A stretch of 56,977 nucleotides of DNA from a virus (Duplodnaviria; Caudoviricetes). Below the pieces are notes generated by a model that did not search any database, was not told the DNA's origin, and saw nothing but the letters and a program-made list of their open reading frames with translations. Positions 27,582-36,539 of this stretch are shown in pieces. Position numbers and translations under genes: made by a program. The stretch is from the IMG/VR virus record IMGVR_UViG_3300027906_004537, positions 1 through 56,977 of that record; one strand, 5' to 3'. Within the stretch, counting starts at the first letter, position 1; each line of letters starts with the position of its first letter.

Positions 27582-29716
27582 TGCATGACTTCCTCTATCT
27601 CGGGTGTGCGGATACCTTCGTTCAGCCCAACGCCCGGATTGGCGGGCGTGAGCGGATCAGTGTTGGTCGGTGCGAACTCGGCATTTGGCGCTGCGGCTGC
27701 CGGTGCGTCGTAGGTCGGCACGATGGGCGCGGCGTCTTTGTCTTGGTAGCCGGCAGACCGGAGCATGCTGTCGGCCAGCGGCGCGGTGGCCGGGTTCTGT
27801 GCAACCACGCTGGCGGACTGCATAGCGCTGTACTGGCTTTCCACTGCTTTGTTCACGCCCTCGTTCTCGGTCTTGATGCGCTTGGCCTGTTCGGTCAACG
27901 CCTGAGCCTGCAGCAGCATTACCCGAGCCTCGGTCATCGGGTCCGGCTTCTCCTGCATCTGCTTCTCCATGGCGTCGATCATTTCCTGCTTGTGCGCCAA
28001 GTTGGAGTAACGCAGCACGAACGACCACGGAATCGGGGCGCCCTTCTCCATCATTTCCATGACCTGCACGAATTGGCTGTTCTCGAACGTCACCTGCATG
28101 GGCTGCTCGGTCACCACCACGTCGTACTCGCCCAAGGTCAGGTTGTTCAGCACGCCTGAGCCGGTCGGGTAGTTGATGGGCATATCTTCGGTCACCTTGC
28201 GACCACGCTCGTCTGCCTTGGTGATGCGGAGAATGCGCGGCTCGTCATAGAACCGCTGGATGATTGAAAGCATGCGGCCGGCTAGCAGGTGGCGAGTGCG
28301 GGCCAGGTTGTCCAGCGGGACGGATAGCTGCTGCTGGGCGGCAAACTGACGGGACTGGATCGCGATACCTGATGTCTCTGCACCACTGTTGCCCTGCATG
28401 GCGTCGTTCACGCCAGTAGCCTGCTCCAGCAGCACGGCGCTACGCTCGACGATGCGGTCAAGGCCGGTCGGCACTTGGTTCGGCTGAATCTTGCGGGGCA
28501 TCTTGTCGGTTGGCGTGTCCTGCTTCAGCTCCAGGTGCAACCCAGTTTCTGCGCCGCGATCTTCAATCTCATCCGGCCGCATGTTGCTGATCGTGTTGGC
28601 CCAGGTGATCCAGCCGCTGTTACTGGTCGTGTTGACCGTGTGCAGGAACTGGTTCAGCGACTTATTTAGCATTTGCTGCGGGCCGATGGCGTTATCGACC
28701 AGACCACGGGTCACGCCGCGGCGGAAAAATGGGAAATACGGGATGATCGTAAAGTGGCTAAAGGGACTCCAGTCGTCGTGCAATAAGTGGTCCCGAGTAG
28801 TTACCGTCCAGCGCACGCGGTTAATACGTCGCTTGGTGCGGAAACCACCTGACGCCAGAATTTGAGCGATCTGATCTTCGCTCATACCTTCAATCATGCG
28901 AACGTCACCGGTGTCCGTCACGATGCAGTCGGCTTCTTCCTTGCGCCAGTATTGGCGGTCGATGATCCGGACACGCTTCACGCCGTCTTCCAGGGTGATC
29001 TCGCTCAGCCGGTTGCTATAACCGCTGTCGTCGTTACCGAACTTGTTGCGCTCTTCCTCGTCTTCATCATCACCAAAGTCGGCATCATCCTCGTTCGAGA
29101 CCTCCAGCTTGCGCCGCGCCTCGGTGCCGTAGTCGTCCTCCACTTCGTCCAGGGTCTTCCAGCGGGTGATCGTGACATCAGCCCACTTGTCAGGGTCGTA
29201 GGACTTGGCGTCTGGATCCGGGATAACGTCGAGCGGGTCCAGCGACTCAATGGCGATCTCGCCAAGCAGCGAGTCTTCATAGTTGACGGTAATCTCGAAG
29301 TAACCACGCTGCTGGATCAGACCATCCGCGTAAACGCCGGTCTCTTTCCAGTGCAGGTCGCAGTTGTCCGCAACCTGCATCGCCACCTTGGAAAGCGTCT
29401 CTGCCACTTCATCGGTCGCAGTTCCATTGCGCGGCTGAAACGCGATATCCATGCGGTTAGCAATCTGGTAACCAACGGCTGCGTTGATCTTGGGCAGTAT
29501 CTGGTTGAACTCGAAGCACGGCTTGCCCGCCTCAAGCAGGGCCTGACGGTCTTCTTCTGACCATTGCAGGCCGCCACCCAGGTACATGCCTTCGTTGACG
29601 CGCGCCTGGTGGCAGTAGTCCCGATGACCACGCTCGCGCCCGTACTCATATCGCTGCCAGTTCCGCTTGGCGATCTGGTGTTCGTCTGGCTTAGGGGTAT
29701 CGGTCATATCAGGCAC
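27578..29716 (-). CDS. Portal protein (P22-like)
   Basis: 712 aa after TerL; GGLQW...GKP..EFNQI, SGIAIQSRQ, GEYDVVV motifs. Confidence 0.9.
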   Translation of the reverse strand: MPDMTDTPKPDEHQIAKRNWQRYEYGRERGHRDYCHQARVNEGMYLGGGLQWSEEDRQALLEAGKPCFEFNQILPKINAAVGYQIANRMDIAFQPRNGTATDEVAETLSKVAMQVADNCDLHWKETGVYADGLIQQRGYFEITVNYEDSLLGEIAIESLDPLDVIPDPDAKSYDPDKWADVTITRWKTLDEVEDDYGTEARRKLEVSNEDDADFGDDEDEEERNKFGNDDSGYSNRLSEITLEDGVKRVRIIDRQYWRKEEADCIVTDTGDVRMIEGMSEDQIAQILASGGFRTKRRINRVRWTVTTRDHLLHDDWSPFSHFTIIPYFPFFRRGVTRGLVDNAIGPQQMLNKSLNQFLHTVNTTSNSGWITWANTISNMRPDEIEDRGAETGLHLELKQDTPTDKMPRKIQPNQVPTGLDRIVERSAVLLEQATGVNDAMQGNSGAETSGIAIQSRQFAAQQQLSVPLDNLARTRHLLAGRMLSIIQRFYDEPRILRITKADERGRKVTEDMPINYPTGSGVLNNLTLGEYDVVVTEQPMQVTFENSQFVQVMEMMEKGAPIPWSFVLRYSNLAHKQEMIDAMEKQMQEKPDPMTEARVMLLQAQALTEQAKRIKTENEGVNKAVESQYSAMQSASVVAQNPATAPLADSMLRSAGYQDKDAAPIVPTYDAPAAAAPNAEFAPTNTDPLTPANPGVGLNEGIRTPEIEEVMQ

Positions 29717-31247
29717 TCATCGCTGATTTGCGGCGACGACTGCGCAGCAGCTTGGCGCGCCAGTCCTCGATGTGTTGGTCGTCTGCTGCTACTGGTGCGG
29801 CAAATGTCAGGGCCAGCGCATCACCGTCATCAGGTGAGCGGCCTAGCTCCTCCTTGATTTTTTCCTTCTCGATCAGCTTCAGCTGGCCGTTCGAGCTGTA
29901 CTTGTCGCGACTGGCGGAGGTCAGGTCGCCGTGCAGCTGGTCGTCGTCTGGAATGCTGGGAGTGATGTCGTCGCAGACCCACTCCCCCATATCGCCCCAC
30001 ATTTCGGCGCGCTTGTTGAAGTACTTGCGGTCATCGCTAGCACGGCCACCAAAGTTCACAGCGGTTACACGGTCGCCATAGCCGAGCTCTACAAGCCGGT
30101 CATAGATGCCAGCACCCAAGCCGCCGATGTCGATAAACATCATGCGGATCGTCTTGTCGTCGGTGAGCATCCGGGCTGCATGACCTGCAACGGCCATTGT
30201 GTCGCGCACGTCGATACGCTCAATGCCCCAGGCAACGCGGCCCTGGCGGTGGATGAACGTCGAGGTGTCCCCGCCGCGCGCCGGGTCGAGACCGACGACG
30301 TGGGCACCAATGCGCTGCATGTGCGCGGCGTTCTGCTTGCGGGCTTTCTGGACCTTGAGGGTATTGATCAGCGCTTTGTGGCCGACCTTGAGAAATGCCA
30401 TGTCAGGCGTGGCGGGATATTCCTGATTGAACCAGTCTTCATCGCCGGTGAAGTCGGAGGCGATCTTGGCCTGCCGCCAAGCCATCTGCTCCAGGCTTAG
30501 GTCGAAGGCTTCCATGTACTCACGGTCTTCTTCGCTCAGCTCGAAGTCGGCTGGCACCTCACGGCGGTACCCGGCCTCAACGAACCAGGGGATGAACACT
30601 GGCATGTAGTCGGTCTTGCCCGCGACGGCCATGGTCCACATGGAATGGAACATATTGCCCAGGCCATTAGCCGTGGTCTCCATGATCCCTTCAGTGCCAG
30701 GCTCAAGCGGTAGCGTCTGGCCCAGGCCAGCCATGATCTTCTCGGCGTTTGGCCAGAACGCGGCTTCAGATCCGTGCAGCAGCTGCACGGTGTCAGACCG
30801 ACCGGCATTCTTTGATCCAGCGGTGGCCACCCGGTAGTCGCTGCGCAGCCCGCCAAAGCTCAGGCTGTTGGCGCTATCGCTTTTCGACTTAGGCTTTAGG
30901 GTGGAATCAGCCAGCTCGTGGTACGTCTTCACCATGCCGAACAGGTTCTGCGTGGCGGCATCCATGTGCGTGATGATTTGGCAGCGCGTGCCGAAGGTGG
31001 TTGTCACCCGCTTATAGAAGCGCGCAGCAATGTAGGTCGAACAGCCTTGTTGGCGTCCCTTGAGCACCAGTGCACGCACCCAGCCCTTTGTGGCCTTCTG
31101 CTTTTCCAGTGCTGCGTGCAGGATGCGCTGTGTATCGTTCCACTCGAAGGCGACGATCTTGCCGGCCTTGGTCCTGATCTTCAGGTTGACGCGGCAATAC
31201 AGCTCGTCATCGTCGAGCAGCTTGGACAGCATGGCGTCAGCACTCAC
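29709..31247 (-). CDS. terL: Terminase large subunit
   Basis: Walker A LKGRQQGCST, Walker B LLHGSEAAFW, coupling motif ETTANG, nuclease GLDPA and SPDDGDAL; GTG start with AGGAG. Confidence 0.92.
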   Translation of the reverse strand: MSADAMLSKLLDDDELYCRVNLKIRTKAGKIVAFEWNDTQRILHAALEKQKATKGWVRALVLKGRQQGCSTYIAARFYKRVTTTFGTRCQIITHMDAATQNLFGMVKTYHELADSTLKPKSKSDSANSLSFGGLRSDYRVATAGSKNAGRSDTVQLLHGSEAAFWPNAEKIMAGLGQTLPLEPGTEGIMETTANGLGNMFHSMWTMAVAGKTDYMPVFIPWFVEAGYRREVPADFELSEEDREYMEAFDLSLEQMAWRQAKIASDFTGDEDWFNQEYPATPDMAFLKVGHKALINTLKVQKARKQNAAHMQRIGAHVVGLDPARGGDTSTFIHRQGRVAWGIERIDVRDTMAVAGHAARMLTDDKTIRMMFIDIGGLGAGIYDRLVELGYGDRVTAVNFGGRASDDRKYFNKRAEMWGDMGEWVCDDITPSIPDDDQLHGDLTSASRDKYSSNGQLKLIEKEKIKEELGRSPDDGDALALTFAAPVAADDQHIEDWRAKLLRSRRRKSAMSA

Positions 31248-31402
31248 GGCTGCAGCTCCTGCACGTACCAGTTCACCCGAGCGATGGCACTGACAACGCA
31301 ATCATGGCTACGCAGCGCATGCATACGGAAAGTCGCCCGGCGCCAAGTGGCTTCGAGCGTACAAGTACCGTCAGGGTTAGGTGTGCAATGCCAGTGAATC
31401 AT
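31244..31402 (-). CDS. Small hypothetical protein (52 aa, not in the ORF track)
   Basis: MIHWHCTPNPDGTCTLEATWRR...; first ORF after promoter copy 5; GTGA overlap with terL. Confidence 0.45.
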   Translation of the reverse strand: MIHWHCTPNPDGTCTLEATWRRATFRMHALRSHDCVVSAIARVNWYVQELQP

Positions 31403-31431
31403 AGCGGCCCATCGCTGAATTGATGGTCATG

Positions 31432-31459
31432 ACGCTATGTGACTGAATTGGGGGTGCAA
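31432..31459 (-). promoter_or_regulatory. Late-type promoter, copy 5: TTGCAC-N8-CAGTCACA-TAGCGT
   Basis: Repeated motif upstream of terL. Confidence 0.75.
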
Positions 31460-31489
31460 GGCTGCGCTGTGCTATAAATCTGAGCAGAC

Positions 31490-32059
31490 ATGGGAGCGCG
31501 CGCAATGGAATTCAATACCACAGACGAGATACAGGCCTGGCTGAAGGAAATGGCCAAGTGCACGATTCTGACTTTTTCCCTACTAAGCAGCGGGGCGGCC
31601 CTCTACTCCAATATGCCGATGACGCCGGATCAGATGGGTACGACAATCAGCAGGCAAGATATGGTTTTCGGTGACGGCCCGTATCGCGTTGAGATATCCA
31701 CCCAGCCGACCGATGACACGCTAAACATCGAACTATCGCTCGAGAACAAGATGGTGATCTGGTGGGCGAACGCGAAGCTCCGGCGGAGCAAGGAAGTTAT
31801 TGGCGGGCATCCCGAGCTAATCAATGCTCTTGCGGACTTTGACTATGTAATGCGTGAGAACAAAGCGGATGGGATTCACACCGGCACATTCATCGTGCCG
31901 CTTCCTTCCGACCCTCTGCAGCTTCAAGAGCTATGCAAGATCGCCAACGCTCACGGCATCAGCTGGGCAGTTGAGGACGGTTCAGGTGTCATGCATGAGG
32001 GCAACTTCTTCATGGGCGGCGGAGCTCAACCCAGTTCCAAGCGTAAAGCGAACACTTAA
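31490..32059 (+). CDS. Hypothetical moron protein between terS and terL
   Basis: Antisense ORF preceded by extended -10 TGcTATAAA. Confidence 0.55.
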   Translation: MGARAMEFNTTDEIQAWLKEMAKCTILTFSLLSSGAALYSNMPMTPDQMGTTISRQDMVFGDGPYRVEISTQPTDDTLNIELSLENKMVIWWANAKLRRSKEVIGGHPELINALADFDYVMRENKADGIHTGTFIVPLPSDPLQLQELCKIANAHGISWAVEDGSGVMHEGNFFMGGGAQPSSKRKANT

Positions 32060-32355
32060 GTCGACGTTAAGGTAAATATCTGCTCGCCATTCTCAGCCAG
32101 CACGCATATACGCATGTCATGGCACAACATCGACTGCAGATCCTCGATAAGCTGCTCCATGATGTGAAGTTCTTCGCCCTGATAGCTTCCGCCCAGCTTG
32201 CCCGCGATAATCGGCAGTGCCTCGCCCTCAACCCGAGAGGGAATGACAGAGCTGCAAAGACCGCTCTGCCTTCCGAGCAGCACTGACTTGGCGGCCTCCA
32301 GACACTTGTCGCAGTAAATATATTCGGTAACGAAAGATCCGCGCTCACTCATCAC
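32056..32355 (-). CDS. Hypothetical protein
   Basis: Coupled to terS; CxxC near the N-terminus. Confidence 0.55.
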   Translation of the reverse strand: MMSERGSFVTEYIYCDKCLEAAKSVLLGRQSGLCSSVIPSRVEGEALPIIAGKLGGSYQGEELHIMEQLIEDLQSMLCHDMRICVLAENGEQIFTLTST

Positions 32356-32927
32356 TTATCCTCCATCAGCCGCTTCAACCGCTCTTCATAGGTCTCTTCG
32401 GCGTTCGTCTCGTCAAGGTTGTAGGCCTGGCGCTCCAGGGTGACAAGGTTCTTGGCCGCCGTGGTCAGGTCTCGGATGGTCGCCGCATGCGTGGGGAGCG
32501 AGACCGCCTTGTACAGCTTGTTGCGCCGCTGGTTGTTCTCATCCTCTTTGGTCTCTTCCTCGATAATGTTCTCAAGGTCTTCCCTGCCCTGCGCCGCCTC
32601 GATCAATTGCCCCATCAGCAGGCTAACTAGATCAGCAGCCGTTCGGATGTCTTTTCGGTGCGTTCGTACCACTGTAGCGCCCGTTACACCGGCCTGTTCG
32701 ACGACTTCACGGTCCTTCGTGTTGGGCTCTCGTACCTGCCCTCGTACCAACTCGTCTCGTACCTTGGCGCGGACAGCAGCGGTAAGGTCTTTCGTCCACC
32801 CTTCCGCCTTGGCTTTCTTGCGAATAGCACCCTCGGACACACCGTGCTTTTTCCCCAGCATCACATTGGAAAGCTGGTTGGCTCGATACTCGCACTCTAT
32901 AGCGTCCCAGTCTGTCGCATCAGCCAT
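32352..32927 (-). CDS. terS: Terminase small subunit
   Basis: DWDAIECEYRA..LS...G..HGVSEGAIRKKAK.EGW HTH; LERQAYNLD C-terminus. Confidence 0.8.
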   Translation of the reverse strand: MADATDWDAIECEYRANQLSNVMLGKKHGVSEGAIRKKAKAEGWTKDLTAAVRAKVRDELVRGQVREPNTKDREVVEQAGVTGATVVRTHRKDIRTAADLVSLLMGQLIEAAQGREDLENIIEEETKEDENNQRRNKLYKAVSLPTHAATIRDLTTAAKNLVTLERQAYNLDETNAEETYEERLKRLMEDK

Positions 32928-32930
32928 GGT

Positions 32931-33290
32931 TTACACCACCCTCATTCCAGCCCGACGCCCCTGAATAACCAGGCCACGCTGCTGCTCGATCAGGGCATCC
33001 ATGACCTTCAGGCCTTCGGCAACGATTTCGTCCATCACGTTCCATGGAGCGCTGGCCTTGCCCGACATCAGGGTTTCTTCGCTGCCGCCAGGGCGTGTTG
33101 CCACGATATTGATGGGCCAACGGGGGTGCTTGCCACCTACGCCTTTGAGCGGCTTCGACACATACAGACGATAGCTGCCCAGCATCTTCACCTCTTCCTC
33201 GTGGATCAGCAGGCGTTGCTGGGCGAATGTCTCGGGCACACTGGCGTTGAGGTATTTGGCCGCAATCGCTTCGATCTGGTCGAGTGTCAT
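32931..33290 (-). CDS. Hypothetical protein
   Basis: In-operon ORF coupled by ATGA overlap. Confidence 0.5.
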   Translation of the reverse strand: MTLDQIEAIAAKYLNASVPETFAQQRLLIHEEEVKMLGSYRLYVSKPLKGVGGKHPRWPINIVATRPGGSEETLMSGKASAPWNVMDEIVAEGLKVMDALIEQQRGLVIQGRRAGMRVV

Positions 33291-33583
33291 GATGCCCCCC
33301 GCGCCGCTCTAGCGATTTCAATGACCTGCCGACGGTCTGCCTCAGCTTGTGCTGCTCGACGGGTGCGCCACAAATCTGTTTGTGTCCCAGCATACCCAGC
33401 GATCAGCGGGTGCATGCGATACGGGTGAACCATGCCAGGCTCTGGCTGGGGCTCTCGTTTGCTGCCTACCAGGTAAACCGACACCCCGTATGAGTTCATG
33501 GCAGTGCCACTCACTCGAGTAACGATGAATAGCGTGTGGCCGGCGCGAATCTCATCCGGCCGGTAAGTCTTGCGTTTCGACAT
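33287..33583 (-). CDS. Hypothetical protein
   Basis: RBS AAGGGG; in-operon ORF. Confidence 0.5.
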   Translation of the reverse strand: MSKRKTYRPDEIRAGHTLFIVTRVSGTAMNSYGVSVYLVGSKREPQPEPGMVHPYRMHPLIAGYAGTQTDLWRTRRAAQAEADRRQVIEIARAARGAS

Positions 33584-33601
33584 GGTCTGCCCCCTTGTCG
33601 G

Positions 33602-34084
33602 TTATTGATTGCCTGGCGTAGCCAGACATACTGCTCTCACGTAATCCTGGAGCCCCGCCAATGCCAGTTCGGTATCGATCAATTGGCGTCGGAGGGCGAA
33701 ATAAGCTGTTCGAGAAGAGGCAGCGAGCTCGGCTGTGCCTTCATCAGTGCTGCTGGCGGTGGCGGCGGTGGCGGGCACTCCTGCTGGACATACCGCACTG
33801 ACTCGCAACCGCTTAGTGCCAGCATCAACGTCAGTGCGAAGGGTCTCGTTTTGTTCTTGGGCATCTGCCTGTCCCTCGGTGTGGTTCTGGTCGATCATGC
33901 CAACCTCTGTGGTCAGTTGGCGTTGAATGCGCAGAGTGCTGGTCAAACTTTCTGCGCGAGCCTGGCTCTGCTCCAATCCTTTGCCCAGCTCGCCAACCTT
34001 CTCGGCCTTCAGCGAGTACTGCCACCAGAGGGCGCCGCAAGCGACGGCCAGCCCGGCGATGATCGACAGCAGCACCCTTGTCAC
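33602..34084 (-). CDS. Rz: i-spanin Rz
   Basis: N-terminal TM, LRTDVDAGTKRLRVSAVCP, YFALR, GLQDYVRAVC. Confidence 0.9.
   Translation of the reverse strand: MTRVLLSIIAGLAVACGALWWQYSLKAEKVGELGKGLEQSQARAESLTSTLRIQRQLTTEVGMIDQNHTEGQADAQEQNETLRTDVDAGTKRLRVSAVCPAGVPATAATASSTDEGTAELAASSRTAYFALRRQLIDTELALAGLQDYVRAVCLATPGNQ
33679..33864 (-). CDS. Rz1: o-spanin Rz1 lipoprotein, embedded in Rz
   Basis: Lipobox LALSGC, poly-Pro stretch, alternate frame inside Rz. Confidence 0.85.
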   Translation of the reverse strand: MPKNKTRPFALTLMLALSGCESVRYVQQECPPPPPPPAALMKAQPSSLPLLEQLISPSDAN

Positions 34085-34554
34085 TGACCTAGCCCTTGCA
34101 AGCACAGGTCACGCTCCGCTTCACGCCGAGCAACCAGCCCTGCCAGTTTCTTGCCCTTGGCATACACCCAGCGTGGCAACTCGTTGCAGGCGCCCGCCAG
34201 GTCACCCGCCTTTGCCTTGCGCAGCAACGTGGATGAGCTGAAGTTGCCCGGCCCAGCGTTGTAAACGAACGACCCGAGGGCGGCGCGGGTCAGTAGCGGC
34301 AGGCCCGGCAACTGCTTATCTACTGCTGCCAGAGCCTCGCCCAGGTCATTGGCCAACAGCTGCTCGCACTCTTCGGCACTGCGGCTCTGGCCAACTATGG
34401 CGGTGCGGGTGTGTCCATAGCACACGGTGGGAATGCCGACCGGGTCCAGGTAACCGACCAGCTCACGGCCCTCGAAGTAGCCCACGAGTGCGACCGCAGC
34501 TGAAACCGACCCCGCAACAATGGACTTCTGTACGATATTCATGATTTGCGCCAC
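34081..34554 (-). CDS. GH24 lysozyme, probable SAR endolysin
   Basis: FEG-x8-D-x5-T catalytic triad (FEGRELVGYLDPVGIPTVCYGHT), weakly hydrophobic N-terminus, GLVARR. Confidence 0.9.
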   Translation of the reverse strand: MAQIMNIVQKSIVAGSVSAAVALVGYFEGRELVGYLDPVGIPTVCYGHTRTAIVGQSRSAEECEQLLANDLGEALAAVDKQLPGLPLLTRAALGSFVYNAGPGNFSSSTLLRKAKAGDLAGACNELPRWVYAKGKKLAGLVARREAERDLCLQGLGQ

Positions 34555-34739
34555 TCTTTAAACATCGTTCTGTATTTAGGGATCAGCAGAACTATCTGGA
34601 GAAGCATGTAGGCGGCTGTCAGCCCATACGCAACATCAGACCAATTGATAGCCCCTGTGGCCCCGGTCGCTATTACGCCGAGGGCAGGCGCAGCCTTTGC
34701 GGCGCCTATCGCCAAGTCGTTCGCTACCTGCTGACTCAT
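34539..34739 (-). CDS. Holin
   Basis: 66 aa with hydrophobic segments (WSDVAYGLTAAYMLLQIVLLIPK) and basic tail, upstream of the endolysin. Confidence 0.8.
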   Translation of the reverse strand: MSQQVANDLAIGAAKAAPALGVIATGATGAINWSDVAYGLTAAYMLLQIVLLIPKYRTMFKEWRKS

Positions 34740-34780
34740 ATTTTGTTTCTCCACGCCCGCGCCCTCTGATGATGTGGGAA

Positions 34781-34830
34781 ACGCTATGTGACTGAATCTC
34801 TCTTGCAAGCTTGAGCCAGTCACATCCACT
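34781..34830. promoter_or_regulatory. Back-to-back late-type promoters (copies 6 and 7) sharing palindromic TTGCAA
   Basis: Minus: TTGCAA-N8-CAGTCACA-TAGCGT; plus: TTGCAA-N8-CAGTCACA-TCCACT; both use 34803-34808. Confidence 0.75.
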
Positions 34831-34860
34831 GGAACCTTCAATCACTGAAGGGGCACCACC

Positions 34861-35115
34861 ATGGCGAGCATCGACAGCATCACCGACGAGCATTTCATGC
34901 ATGTAGCAGAGGTAATGGCGCTAGCTGCTGACGCTACAAGCGACCACCAACCTGAAACCCTGCTAGTTATCAGCCTGGCCGAGGAAGGCAACAACGCCAT
35001 TATGGGCGGCGACGTTTCTCCTGATGCCATTACCAAGCTTGAGAACCTGCTGGCTGAATTGCGGGAGCGCGCAGTCGGCTCGACTCTCGACGCGCTAAGC
35101 ATCGAGTCTGCTTAG
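34861..35115 (+). CDS. Small acidic hypothetical protein
   Basis: RBS AAGGGG; downstream of the plus-strand motif promoter. Confidence 0.6.
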   Translation: MASIDSITDEHFMHVAEVMALAADATSDHQPETLLVISLAEEGNNAIMGGDVSPDAITKLENLLAELRERAVGSTLDALSIESA

Positions 35116-35372
35116 TGCATACTCCAGCGCTGCATATAGGTGTTGTGCTTCATCCCCGGCTGCAGGGCTTCGCGCCAGTTATCGCCCCGTAGCCGGCGCA
35201 TCTTCACCGTTTGCCATTTAAGGCCGCGCTCAGTAGCCCATGTAAACGCTGGTTTAGTAATGCCATCCAGTGTGACCAAGGTCGCTGCAGCGCAAGTTGT
35301 CTCGCGCTTTGGCATTCTCGGTAGCTTGTCAAAACACAGAACTATCTGTGACATTGCGATCATCCCCATCAA
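35112..35372 (-). CDS. Small putative DNA-binding protein at the Q position
   Basis: VTLDGITKPAFTWATERGLKWQTVKMRRLRGDNWREAL resembles the HTH-like DNA-binding tails of HNH endonucleases. Confidence 0.55.
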   Translation of the reverse strand: MMGMIAMSQIVLCFDKLPRMPKRETTCAAATLVTLDGITKPAFTWATERGLKWQTVKMRRLRGDNWREALQPGMKHNTYMQRWSMH

Positions 35373-35749
35373 GCGCCCCCTTGATATGCGGATACTTCCT
35401 GTGATGCTGTCTCCGGATATATCCGAACCCGAACCATTCCGCCCCTCACAGGGTCTTTTGCCAGCTTGAACTTGGTAGAGAATCGCGAATCGTCGATGCC
35501 GAGCGCCGCAGCTATTCCATCGCGCCCCGACTTGAACGCGGCCAAGCAGTTGTCATCATCCCGGCGCTGACGACTGGGCGGTACGAACTCAATGTCTAGC
35601 ACCAGCGGCCCGCCAGGGGCCTTTAATCCTGAGTGAATCGTCAACAGGTGGCAGTCGGCCTTGTAGCGCTGTGCGATCTTGTTCTTGCGCCTCCAATGAA
35701 CGCGGGCGTTGGGGCTCAGTTCGCGCGGCGGCCATGGCAACTCGATCAT
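35369..35749 (-). CDS. rusA: RusA-like Holliday junction resolvase
   Basis: LPWPP..LSPN, RRDDDNCL..K...DG...LGIDD. Confidence 0.8.
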   Translation of the reverse strand: MIELPWPPRELSPNARVHWRRKNKIAQRYKADCHLLTIHSGLKAPGGPLVLDIEFVPPSRQRRDDDNCLAAFKSGRDGIAAALGIDDSRFSTKFKLAKDPVRGGMVRVRIYPETASQEVSAYQGGA

Positions 35750-36042
35750 GCGGTCACCCTCCCTTCCCGAATCAACTGGTCCTGGGTGCGCATAACGCCC
35801 TCCGCGTGGTAAAGCCGCAGCTCGTCGCGGGATAAGTCGCACTTGGCGCGGCCATCTACCCGGTCATGGCAGTAGCAGTCAGCCCATGCGCCCTGCAGGT
35901 CGTTCGGCTTCATGCTGGTTCCGCAGGTGCCGGCCAGGCGGTAATGGGCAAGCACGGTGGTTTCTGTGTTGTTCGGGCAACCAGGTAGGCGGATGGTGCA
36001 ATCGCGGCCTCTGGCGGCTTTGGTGAGCTTGGTCTGTTTCAC
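35746..36042 (-). CDS. DUF1364/YbcO-like Zn-binding nuclease
   Basis: ARGRDCTIRLPG.C..ETTVLAHYR..KPND..GAW..CHD..DGR. Confidence 0.8.
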   Translation of the reverse strand: MKQTKLTKAARGRDCTIRLPGCPNNTETTVLAHYRLAGTCGTSMKPNDLQGAWADCYCHDRVDGRAKCDLSRDELRLYHAEGVMRTQDQLIREGRVTA

Positions 36043-36539
36043 TTGGCCGCCTCCAAAATGTCATCGAAGTACACACCCTGCGGCGCGTAGTGGTCGCATA
36101 TCCCGTCGGTGTATTGGCATCCTTGCTTGGTGCCGAACAGGCTTGTCACCGGAAAGCCCGTTGGCCCGAACAGCGGGTTTTTGCCCATCAGGAAAAGTTG
36201 CTCTTCAAACGACTTGTCGCCGAAGTAGCGATCAAAGCCCGCGGCGAAGCGCGCACAGTCCTTGCTCAAGATCGGGACGCCGATCATCAGCTTGCAGTAC
36301 GCCCACACTTCATCGTCTGTTCCCTGCCCTGTGGTTTCAGCAATGCGGATGTACATGCGGCGCCAGAGACGGTTCTGCGCCTCTGACCTGTCTTGGCCTG
36401 GGCGAACGGTAGCCAGCAGATATTTGTGTTCTCGGAACGCAACCGTCACCCGCGAAATGAAGGTCGATAGCGATGTCGGACTGTTGATCACTTCCTTGAA
36501 CGTGTCCTTGTTCGTGGTTTGTCGCGCTGCTTCACCCAC
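36039..36539 (-). CDS. NinB-like recombination protein
   Basis: RSEAQNRLW, YCKLMIGVPIL, PVTS..KQ..QY. Confidence 0.7.
   Translation of the reverse strand: MGEAARQTTNKDTFKEVINSPTSLSTFISRVTVAFREHKYLLATVRPGQDRSEAQNRLWRRMYIRIAETTGQGTDDEVWAYCKLMIGVPILSKDCARFAAGFDRYFGDKSFEEQLFLMGKNPLFGPTGFPVTSLFGTKQGCQYTDGICDHYAPQGVYFDDILEAAK

Noticed and set aside
22614-28159. Long plus-strand ORFs (e.g. 22614-23804, 25214-26161, 26689-27588)
   Set aside because: Antisense shadows of GC-rich, codon-biased structural genes; no motifs or RBS
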